From: Octopus sinensis
Taxonomy: Eukaryota
Assembly: GCF_006345805.1 (NCBI RefSeq)
Contig: NW_021833916.1
Coordinates: 1 to 53,772 of the forward strand
Reading direction: 5' to 3'
DNA length: 53,772 nt
The position numbers were made by a program, and so were the translations under genes. Shown here piece after piece: positions 42,439 through 53,772 of this stretch (positions are counted from its first letter, which is position 1; every line of letters begins with the position of its first letter). The notes beneath the pieces were generated by a model, which did no database searches, was not told where the DNA came from, and saw nothing but the letters and a program-made list of their open reading frames with translations.

Positions 42439-43115
42439 GTATGTATGTGTGTGTGTGCGTATTTGTATGTATGTGTGTATGTATGTATGTATGTAAATAT
42501 GGAGTGACTATTCATCTGCGAATGTGTTTCTTGTCAACTTCATTTCATTCAAAAACAAGTTGAGCTCGTTGTGTTTTGGTGGTTTATTTAGAAAATGTAA
42601 AAGTTAAATATTCCATATATTTACATAAAATATTTGAATTTATTACGAATTAACTCAGCTATAATAACTCTGTTTATTTTGGCTGCATACATTATCATTT
42701 TACAATTTATTCTGTTCTTCCATTTCAGAGTTCTCTTATTAATAAACGAGAACAAAAAATATTTAAAACAACGATTCTTTATACAACAAGGATATATTTT
42801 TTCTATATAATTTAGTACAAGAATTCATTTCCATAATCTAATTGTGAAATTTCCATTTTTAATGTTGTTTTTGAACGTCTAAGGCAGCAAATTTAGTATC
42901 AAAGCGAAGTGTTGTAATGGAGTTGACGATCTTGAAGTTGTGGGAGGTTGCATACACCACTGACATTTCTATTATTACGGAATATTTCATCGAAGAAATA
43001 AATTTCATTGTCTTTTTGGACGTAATTCGTCGAATTTTTGAAAGAAAAAGAAAGGTCCTATATTTTTGTCTATCTAAGAAATAGGGTGAATGTACACACA
43101 CTTAATATATAAGCA

Positions 43116-43261
<146 letters not shown>

Positions 43262-43720
43262 AGTCTGTGTGTGTCTCTCTATATATATTCATATATATAT
43301 TTATATATTATATAAATATATATATAGATATATCATATATATGTGTTATATATATATATACACACATATATTGTATATACACACACACATATATATATAT
43401 ATACATATACATACATATACTTTTATTATATATATACCTATATATATATATAAATATATATACATACATATATATATATATTATATATATATACATAGAT
43501 TTTCATATGTATATATACTTTATAACAAAAGGTGCCATATAATCATGGACTGTTACAGTTCAACGTTACCATTCGTTGGGGACTTTTGAAAGATGTTGGA
43601 GTGGAAAAATGAATAAAGTTGTTAAAAAAAAAACAATAACAATTTCGAAAATGAGAGGGAGAAGATTAGAGTGAGACATTTAGTGAGACTGAAACTGGTT
43701 TAGGAGAAGATATTTGTGTA

Positions 43721-43751
<31 letters not shown>

Positions 43752-44728
43752 TGTGTGTGTGTGTGTGTTTATCTGTGTTTCTATCTGCATATTTTCATTT
43801 GTATGACTGTTTGTCTCAGCTGGTATCTGGCAATCGAATGGTACCATTGTGTGTCTATCTTTGAATTGTTATCTTGACAGGATTACAAAATTAGTTTTCA
43901 CAAATATCAAATTATACATCTCCGAATCTTTTATTTATTTATTCATTCATTTTCTTGTTTATTCTTTTTTTTATTCATTTTTTTTTTTACATATTTATCT
44001 ATTCTTATATTTTATTATTTACTCACTATCCTTAGTTTTGTCTTGCGACGACCAAATTGAAAACGTTCGTGGAAATATTTCATAATACATAAGGAGTTTT
44101 GAAGGTAGAGTATTCCGAGGTCATCGAAATTACTCTCCCATCGATAAAATTCCTTAATTCCTCGAATGTTACTAGTTTCTTTCTTCAATGGTATTTATTT
44201 ACACTTCATTTCGTTTCTTTATATAGCTATTAAATTTCAAAAAGAAAAAATAAATGAAACAACAACAGAACCAAGAAGGGATAGTTAATGAGTATAGCCG
44301 TGTTGATGATGTCTTAATTAACTGCCATATTTATCTCTCCTTCTCTCTGTGTGTGTATATGTTTACAGATATAAAGACACATATATGTGTGTTTGTGTAT
44401 ATATATATATATATGCATAGACACACGAACACGCACACACATATATAACATTTAGACAACACCATATGTTTCTTTTTCAATTTTCCCAAATGCTTATTAA
44501 AGGATAAAAGATAAAACTGAAAGAAGAGAATTGGTGCAACACTTTTGAAAGTGTTGAACGAGTTTATCAACCTTCGATAGTGCTTAGTCACATGACTTCT
44601 TAAATAAATTATGGTGACGTTTTTCTAACACAAACACACATATATACACACATATATACACCACATATATATATATAGATATAATAAATACGTATATATA
44701 TAAGTATATAATATACATATACATACAC

Positions 44729-44796
<68 letters not shown>

Positions 44797-44844
44797 GGTC
44801 CTGGGTTGATTCGGGTTAACCACAGTAACTAAGGTACTCAATAT

Positions 44845-44891
44845 CTTCCTGAAGATTTCTCTTGAATGAAACAGTTCTAGTCCTGTAGAAG
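44845..44891 (+). ncRNA. type I hammerhead ribozyme with all conserved core nucleotides
   Basis: CTTC-CTGAAGA-TTTC(TCTT)GAAT-GAA-ACAG(TTCTAGTC)CTGT-A-GAAG. Helix I has 4 bp, helix II has 3 bp plus a U.U pair, helix III has 4 bp, and the cleavage triplet is GUA. Confidence 0.65.
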
Positions 44892-44999
44892 CTCCTTCTA
44901 TATAATAAATATATATATATATATATATATATACATAATATATAATATATATATATATATATATATTACATATATATATGTATTATATATATATATATA

Positions 45000-45055
<56 letters not shown>

Positions 45056-45224
45056 ACACATATACATATATATATACATATATGAACCAACAGCAGATAT
45101 ATGTATGCTGAAATGTATATCACAAGTTGTATTCCTTCTTGGGGAAATTTTACTGATTTTTGATAAAAAATTCACCAATTCGTCTCATTCCTTCATAGAA
45201 ACTGACACAATTCGTGTGTGTATT

Positions 45225-45319
<95 letters not shown>

Positions 45320-45473
45320 GTGCGTACGTGCATTAGTGTAACGAAATGCTAATGTGTATATTAAAAATTTATATAAACAAGAGAGAAACAGATAGATAAA
45401 TAGATTGATAGATAGATAGATATTGTTATATGTATGTATATATATATATATATATATATAGATATATATATAT

Positions 45474-45535
<62 letters not shown>

Positions 45536-45595
45536 GATGGATGGATGGATGGATGGATGGATGGATAGATAGGGATATAGTTAGGTAGATAGATT

Positions 45596-45663
<68 letters not shown>

Positions 45664-45818
45664 CATCCAGGAAATCACCAGTGCTTGACCAGTGTGGGTG
45701 GCTTTCAAACTTGCATCGGACGGATCGGCCACAACCTGAGGCACTGGGCTCTGTCTTCGTCTCTCTTGGTTATTGTCGACATCGACGACGGAAGCAAGCA
45801 TATTTATACATATATATA

Positions 45819-46600
45819 AGGCGACGAGCTGGCAGAGCCGTTAGCACGCCGGGCGAAATGCGTAGCCGTATTTCGTCTGCCGTTACGTTCTGAGTTCAAA
45901 TTCCGCCGAGGTCGACTTTGCCTTTCATCCTTTCGGGGTCGATAAATTAAGTACCAGTTACGAACTGGGGGTCGATGTAATCGACTTAATTCGTTTGTCT
46001 GTCCTTGTTTGTCCCCTCTATGTTTAGCCCCTTGTGGGTCGTAAAGAAATAGGTATTTCGTCTGTCGTTACGTTCTGAGTTCAAATTCCACCGAGGTCGA
46101 CTTTGCTTTTCATCCTTTCGGGGTCGATAAATTAAGTACCAGTTACGCACTGGGTCTATGTAATCAACTTAATCCGTTTGTCTGTCCTTGTTTGTCCCCT
46201 CTATGTTTAGCCCCTTGTGGGTCGTAAAGAAATAGGTATTTCGTCTGTCGTTACGTTCTGAGTTCAAATTCCACCGAGGTCGACTTTGCTTTTCATCCTT
46301 TCGGGGTCGATAAATTAAGTACCAGTTACGCACTGGAGTCTATGTAATCAACTTAATCCGTTTGTCTGTCCTTGTTTGTCCCCTCTATGTTTAGCCCCTT
46401 GTGGGTCGTAAAGAAATAGGTATTTCGTCTGTCGTTACGTTCTGAGTTCAAATTCCACCGAGGTCGACTTTGCTTTTCATCCTTTCGGGGTCGATAAATT
46501 AAGTACCAGTTACGCACTGGAGTCTATGTAATCAACTTAATCCGTTTGTCTGTCCTTGTTTGTCCCCTCTGTGTTTAGCCCCTTGTGGATAATAAAGAAA
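45819..46600 (+). mobile_element. family B SINE followed by a tandem array (4 units of 183-185 bp)
   Basis: One head, GGCGACGAGCTGGCAGAGCCGTTAGCACGCCGGGCGAAATG, is followed by units starting GTATTTCGTCTG at 45868, 46053, 46236 and 46420. Each unit has the B box GAGTTCAAATTCC and TTTCATCCTTTCGGGGTCGATAAATTAAGTACCAG, which from memory resembles the Meta-type SINE domain. Confidence 0.92.
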
Positions 46601-49600
46601 CATATTTACACATGCATATATATAGGGAGACGCGTATCATTTGTCAATTTATGAGCAAAATAGGGCATGACTAAAAACAAAATAGTAAGAAATAATAAAC
46701 CAGGAAACACGTGCAGAAAGTCAATGTTGATGTTGGGAATTAAAGGAAGAGATATTGACGTGTGGAACAATTTGTCCTTGGTCAAGATTGATTGTATGAG
46801 AAGTGGAAAAAATATTCTAACAAAAGAAAATGAAAATTTGCGTGAGTGAGTTAATATTTATGAATGTGTGTGTGTTTCAGAGAAGAATGAATTATGTATA
46901 TTCGAGTGGTTGTGTGCGAATTTAGCTTTTGTTTATGTGTGAAATGATGGGAAATTATGCGTGTGAGATGATGTGTGAATACGTTATATATTAACATGAC
47001 AGAATGGTATGATGTTGACATAGAAATACTAAATTACTGTTTCGTTCACGGTGTTCTGTTATGATGCTATATCATACAATATAATAAATTCATCGATTTA
47101 TTACCAATACTGTGTGTATAGACAAGAGTAAACAACATTTTTTTCCTATATAATATCTCCACGGACTGAAAAGGGATCAGCTTCATCGATTTTAATGTTA
47201 CCATTGAGATTTCTATCATCAAGCGAATATCCTATTTAGCAAACCATGGAGGTATTCTTTATGAAGCCACGATTAATATCTGGTTCAAAAACTCGGGTAA
47301 CATAATTTGCATAAATTAGCGTATTTTTGGCTGCTAGTTTCATTAATAAATTACTTTTTCTTAAAATATATTCTCTTTTATCGTTAGAATCTAATATAGA
47401 TATTTATTTAACAACTTATGGAGAGAGAGAAGTAAAGCATCTTGTCTTTCATACATTGTTGAATAAAAGTCGATAGATTTTTCCCTACAGTACACAGTAG
47501 CATAGTAATTCGAAATGAAAATGATATCGTAAAATATTGAATTAATAGCTCTGAGGAAATATTATTTTTGTGAATAAGCCTCATGTATGAGTAAGTGGAA
47601 TTATGATATCATGAATAAGGCTGATCAATGTATCAGTGATCATAATACGGTTTCATAATTTGCGGTTGTGAGTTTATATTTAAAAAAAATAATCTCTATG
47701 TGATGGCTACATAGACGTATGTCAATGAGGCTGAATAATTGATTATTATGATTAAGCAAGCTGGTTCTTGGTACCAGAAAGACAGGCTGGATTATCCTGA
47801 AGATAAGATTAAATGTTGTTCTGGATAAAGCGGGGTGCAGATGTCTAGTATTAGATACCTGTTCCTCCCTTTAATCCCCAATAACTGTTCAACCGTTATC
47901 AAGATTGGCTTGAACTGACGTACGACAGATTTCAGTTCTCGTCTGTTGACATTATTCAATAAACTCCCATTTTACTCTAAACTTAAATTTCCTCCCAAAT
48001 TACCCAGAATTCACCAAATCAGTTATTGTTAACTCACAATTTCTCTCCAGCCAGTTCTTCTATTGGTGTAAATCTGACTTCATTCCACCAAATATTCTCC
48101 CTGACTCCGCTCCACCTTTTTCCAAATCTATTTACCTGCGTGACACCATCAAGTTTGCTTGTTCTTGAACTCTTTCTCCAAGTCATAACTTTGCCCTCAT
48201 AACATTGTATCTACCTCCACTACAAACAGCCTTCCATTTCTCCGCACCACTCACCTCGCTAAACAATTTTTTCACTACACCATCATCCAGCGAAGAATTT
48301 TTCTCTATCAATCCTTCACGAGTAGTGTTCATTAATCACGTTCTGCTCTGATAGAACCAACGAGACCTTTTGCGATAATTAATACGATTTCAGCTCTTGG
48401 ATATGAAATACTTCTCTCATTTTGTGCCGATATCTTTGTTCCGTTTTTATATATTCTTCCTAAACCTGAAAAAATTCAGATCATATCAACACAGAATAAG
48501 AAATATTAACGCATCACTGCTTTTTATTATCGTTATTATTTCTCCCTAAGTGAGCCCTGATCTTTTTAAATTACTTTCTTGCTTGGCACACAATGTGTAT
48601 CTGACACATCTTAACTACAACTAACTCCTCCGATTTATCCATCTTTATTCGTTAATGTGAGGATGGCTTGCATCATATTTTCAGAGGTTTCAGTGACCAT
48701 ACATAAAGAGTTTTCATTTTGGGTTCTTAGATTAATCTGTGATACCAAGATATGCTTCGCTAACCACGGCCATTCTGTAATTAAATATATTTCCCATATA
48801 TAATACACTGCGTTCGTTAAAATATACGAACTGGCGACCAGTTGGTTTGAATATCATCTCAGTTTGGTAGTTACCACATTCGTATAATTCCTTTTAACGT
48901 GTTCGACTTTTCATGAACTTCACGCATTCCCATATTTGCCCTTTTTTTTCGATTTCCTGCCTTTACCCTTGTTCGACTTAATCATTGTTCCACTAACTTT
49001 GCCTCACCTCGATACAACTATATTGTCGATTAATTAAAGTTATTGTGCTTGCTGTATATTAAGTAATTTGACACTTGCGTTCCATTATTTCATTTGTTCA
49101 ATACCCTATTGACTTGATCGACCTGTCACACTGAGACGTGTACCGCCACACCGTACAAATAACGATGCATTAACCATTGTAGAATACTTAATGCAGCGTT
49201 AACCACTCCAACTTTAAATAATTCCTGGCATAAATTATAGGTAGAATTAAGTAAAATCCAGAATCTAAGGAAATGGCTGTTGTTCTGTGACGTTGAAGCT
49301 AATCCGGAATATCATCTCAGTTTAATTTGTTTCTTTCCAGCCACTATTGGATGTTAAATAGCTGAGGTAATATGATACCAATCCGCTACTAACAAATAAT
49401 TGATCGATAATTCAAATCTACAGAGATCGTTTCGTTTTACATAATAAAACAGACCTAGGTTATATCATTTACGTACCATATCCTTCTGAAAGCTTTCTAT
49501 TTGTCAAAGATTCATAACTGAGTCCGGTATTTGCTCTATATAGACTTTTGAACTGGCACGAGATCATTGCGAAAAGCTTTCATTCGGTAGTCATGGTTTG

Positions 49601-50187
49601 TACATGAGGCAGATAAATATTCTTTATCAACTGTGAAAATGTATCAAAACCTTTGCAATCCATTACTTCGACGTAACATTAAAAAGATAGATAGTTACTC
49701 TATATTGACTCTGGACAAGATACAATACTTTTGCAAGCGAGCCATTCGACAATAGATGCTTCATAATAGAAGCACATATTTATTCTATATTGGCTTTTGA
49801 ATAGGCAAGAGATAATTTTGTTACGTATTCCTTTCCGCAACGATGTTTCATCAATGAGGCAGATATTTACTTTATATTAAATCTGGAAGCGTTACCAAAT
49901 CATTGGCAATTTGTCCATTCGGCAACGGCGTTTCCTAAATAGGCTAGAATTTATATTTGTAAATCAACCGTGAAGTTAGAGATTATATTCGAAGCCGTCC
50001 ATTTTGAATGTGACATTTTATCGAAACAGAAGTGATTTATTCTCTAGTAACTCTCCTCTAATTTATCTTCTAATAGGTCCAGTCTTTTGGACACCCATTT
50101 GGAGGGTCTCTTCGAAAATAATCAACAACAGTATTAACGCTATAAGCCTGGTACTAATTCTATCGGTGTCTTTTGCCGGTTAATTAC

Positions 50188-50480
50188 CCACTCTGTTAAT
50201 TTACAGAGATGTAGTGGTTGAAGCAACGGACTCGCGGTCGAGGGATTGCGGTTTCTGAGCGAAACACCTAAGCTCCACGCAGCTCAGGCAGAAGGTAATG
50301 GCGAACTTATGTTGAGTCTGTCCCCACAACTTTCTCTCACTCTTTCCTTCTGCATCCAGCGGCTCAACTGCGATTGACTGGGATCCCATCCATGTGGGAA
50401 CTTATACGCCAATAAAACCGGGAAACCGGCCCTTATGAACAAGGTATGGCTCGAGAAGGAACAAAACAACACAAACCACT
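50188..50480 (+). mobile_element. family V SINE with a decayed head
   Basis: GTAGTGGTTGAAGCAACGGACTCGCGGTCGAGGGATTGCGG..CGGGAAACCGGCCCTTATGA..GGCTCGAGAAGGAACAAAACAAC matches 10013-10323. Confidence 0.85.
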
Positions 50481-50536
50481 GTCTATTGCCAAATGGTAGG
50501 AGGACAAACACAAACACAAACACATATGTTCATACA

Positions 50537-50583
<47 letters not shown>

Positions 50584-50606
50584 TGTATGTATATATATGT
50601 ATATAT

Positions 50607-50710
50607 GTGGGGTGGCGTCATTTGAAGGCTAAAACAATGCGAAGCGCATTGTGACCAGCGATGTGTAGCAACATCTGATAGCCAGGTCGGTAACGTGATC
50701 ACGTGATATA
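50607..50710 (+). mobile_element. stand-alone 3' module shared with 38338-38440
   Basis: GGGGTGGCGTCATTTGAAGGCTAAAACAATGCGAAGCGCATTGTGACCAGCGATGTGTAGCAACATCTGATAGCC..ACGTGATCACGTGATATA, flanked by TA-rich repeats. Confidence 0.75.
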
Positions 50711-50754
50711 TGTATATATGTGTGCCTCTGTGTGTATGTGTGGGTGCGTTTTTA

Positions 50755-50900
50755 TACGACGGGCTTCTTTCCGTTTCCGTCGACCAAATCCACTCACAGT
50801 GTTTTGGGCTATAATACAAGACACTTGCCCAAGGTGCCGGGGACTGGGACCGAACCAGGAACTATGTGGTTGTGAAGCAAATATCTCAACAAAACAGTTA
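50755..50900 (-). mobile_element. family A SINE, 5' half
   Basis: TACGACGGGCTTCTTTC..GACACTTGCCCAAGGTGCC..GAACCAGGAACTATGTGG. Confidence 0.8.
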
Positions 50901-51237
50901 CACCTGGAGATATACATACCAGATCATTTTTAGAATAATTTTCTTTGAGAAATGAGTATTTCATCAATGAAAATGAGATGATTCTCTATTATCTGCGGAA
51001 AAATATGAACAAGAGAATTTCAAAAAATTAAATTTTAATATAATAGTCTTCCGACCAGATGTAGCTACAATAAAAACAGTCTACAGAATCTGATATTTTA
51101 ATAATATTTCATCAATACGTAAGTGATTCATCTACCATTTATCAAAGAACTGCAAAAGCTGTGTCTTAGTGTCAGTCCGATCATTCCATGAAGACTATCT
51201 TAGAAAAATTAGTATTTCGCCAATAAAAAAGAGCATG

Positions 51238-51391
51238 TAATTTACATTATTTACATTTGACGGATATTTGTCCTATCTTGTTTATTATTAACACAACTTT
51301 TCGGCTGATATACCTCCAGCCTTCATCAGGTGTCTTGGGAGAAAATTTCGAACCTGGGTTCTAATTCCTAAGGTATTTTTCAATGTTATTA

Positions 51392-51465
<74 letters not shown>

Positions 51466-51536
51466 TCACTTCTTGGAATGGAACTCCGAATCTTTGGGTT
51501 AGTAGCCCATGCTCTTAAACACTAAGCCATATGCCC
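51238..51536 (-). mobile_element. tRNA-headed, hammerhead-containing SINE, left (minus) arm
   Basis: The minus strand starts GGGCATATGGCTTAGTGTTTAAGAGCATGGGCTACTAACCCAAAGATTCGGAGTTCCATTCC (A box, anticodon-like arm, B box). After (AAT)n comes GACAC-CTGATGA-A-GGCTG..CAGCC-GAAAAGTT-GTGTT (HHR at 51290-51334). Confidence 0.8.
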
Positions 51537-51537
51537 G

Positions 51538-51608
51538 TGGGCGTAGTGGTTAAAAGCGCGAGTTACTAACCCCAAGATACCTAGTTCGATTCCAAGCAGT
51601 GACCTGAA

Positions 51609-51670
<62 letters not shown>

Positions 51671-51865
51671 ATAATAACAACATCGAAAAAATACCTTGGG
51701 AATGAGAACCCAGGTTCGAAATTTCCTGCAAGACACCTAATGAATGCTAGAGAGTATATCAGCCGAAACGTTGTGTTAACAACAAACAAGATGAGGACAA
51801 ATATCCGTCGAATGTAAATAATGTAAATAATGTGCATAATTCTTCATCTCTTAAATATAGAACTG
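51538..51865 (+). mobile_element. tRNA-headed, hammerhead-containing SINE, right (plus) arm with a 3' tail
   Basis: TGGGCGTAGTGGTTAAAAGCGCGAGTTACTAACCCCAAGATACCTAGTTCGATTCC, then (AGT)n, then GACAC-CTAATGA..CAGCC-GAAACGTT-GTGTT (HHR at 51732-51777). A 3' extension of about 35 nt is absent from the left arm. Confidence 0.8.
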
Positions 51866-52965
51866 AATGAAAAAGAAATTAGTCTCTATTATCTTCTGTA
51901 AAATGTAAACTAGAACATTTCAAAAGTCTAAATTTTAATATAAAGGTGTTTCTAAAAGAAGAAACTATCATTAAAAGATTTCTACTGAATCTGATAATTT
52001 TATTTAAGATCTACTAAAGCTGCGTCTTATTTCTAGTCCGAACGTTTCATGAAGTGCTTTGAATGGGTTAACTTCACTTTTGAAAGACACTTTCCTTAAA
52101 CAACTTCAAACCCCTTTAATACAGTTTTAACAGATTTCTAATCAATAATTGTCAATTTCTCAACACAACAGTAGATTTCATACAATCTTTTTTTTTTTTT
52201 TTTTGGCTTTGATAATATTTGTTTGGCTGTAGGTCAGCACTGATATAGTAAACACTCTTCTGGTTTTCTTTGACTCGATTCGGTCATTGAACATCCCAGG
52301 ACACCAACCTTGAGGGGGTTTACACGGCCTTATCGGCCGTTGTGTTTCTCGAAGAGTGCCGCATCGTTTATCAATATCCAAAAATCGAATTCCAAGTTTA
52401 CGCTTTCCATAGGCAAATACACTAAAGAGAAAAATTGCGTTATATCTACATATATAAACATAGACGTAGATTCAAACTGACAGAGCCCCTCCTTCACACA
52501 CACGAACACACATACATAGACACACACACGCACACACATACACTTCCACGCACCGACACGCACACACTCGAAGCCGCATACATATATACACACACAAGTA
52601 GGTATATTATGAAGAAATGAAGGAAATCTCCTACAATTCCGATAAAATATATGGATCCAAGTAGCATACTGAATTCTCTGTATTCTAGAAATAGCCATTC
52701 GTACTGTTATCCATACATAAGTATATAAGACCGTGTACGTAAACATATACATACTTATATATGCACATATGAGATACACACAAATGTATATATCTATGCA
52801 TGTTTTGTGCCTGAATCAATCAATCTATCTATCTATCTGTCTATCTATCTATCTATCTGTCTATCTGTCTATCTGTCTATCTATCTATCTAACCATCCAT
52901 CCATCTATCTATATATATATATCCATCCACCTATCTATCCATCCATCCATCCATCCATCCATCCA

Positions 52966-52998
<33 letters not shown>

Positions 52999-53772
52999 AA
53001 TATATATGTAGAAAGAGAGAGAGAGAGAGAGAGTTCGTACGTCCTGCAAATTTTCCCGTTTCCAAAATTCCACTGTCCATCATCTACGTAGCTGGAGGTT
53101 CTTGACCAATATGTCAGAAAATGTACTATAACTGGAAAACAGTTCGCAAAGCCGTCTTCATAACCAAGAATCTGTGAATACAGGAGCCAGTGACCAAAGC
53201 CGTTCCGATAGTGACAATCTCGTTTATTTTATAAATATATTCATTTGTTTATTTTTATATTAGTGCTAATTTGGTCTATGGCATTCAAAATATTTTCCGC
53301 GTTTTCTAAATCTAGAGGGTGTAAATTTGGTGGCAAGTGTAAAAATATAACTGACAAATCGATGAAAGTGACCGGGTTTCATCCGTCACCATTTTGTTGG
53401 CAAAAACAAAAGCGTCGTCAGTCTATAAGCATTCGAAAAATATGGCTTCGTGAGAAAACTATGATTGAATCAACGTTCATGGATAAACATTGTTGTGTGG
53501 AATAATGCTTGGGGACCTATAAAGTGTTTGTAATGAAGAGAACTGGATATCGGGTAGGAAGTGTGAGAGGGTCGCTGTGATGGATGATATAGCATTTGGA
53601 AGGAGGCCAAGTCACAGTTTCAAAATATACACAGGGTTGTCAGACGGCCTAATGGCTTTCATTCGATTTAGAATTCAACAAAATTATGGTTAAGTTTGTA
53701 CGAAAACCTTAGATATGTTGTAACTATTCAATGAATAAATAATTATAGAGACTTTTTAAAAATATATAAATG

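Noticed and set aside
45868-46600. CRISPR-like or retrozyme-like array
   Set aside because: The units are contiguous SINE bodies with no unique spacers and no cas genes, and neither strand has a CUGANGA/GAAA core.

Overview
AT-rich, microsatellite-saturated eukaryotic non-coding DNA. The repeat families point to a coleoid cephalopod, probably Octopus (inferred from remembered repeat sequences, not from a search). I find no supportable host protein-coding exon, and almost all listed ORFs are translations of (TA)n, (CA)n, (TAA)n or (GATA)n tracts. The window contains at least five tRNA-derived SINE families, decayed Tc1, mariner and Merlin-like transposase fragments, a MITE, a Helitron, a Helentron/HINE-type element and two inserts in (TAA)n tracts. 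It also holds many Penelope-like element (PLE) remnants: an RT fragment, a possible GIY-YIG fragment and about ten type I hammerhead ribozyme (HHR) motifs, most of them decayed. The strongest candidate for an undescribed system is at 51238-51865: a tRNA-headed Pol III SINE whose 3' part carries a minimal PLE-type hammerhead. It is inserted as a head-to-head inverted pair with a one-sided 3' tail, which suggests a ribozyme-bearing SINE mobilised by a Penelope-type element. Coordinates were counted by eye, and the ends of decayed elements are approximate.
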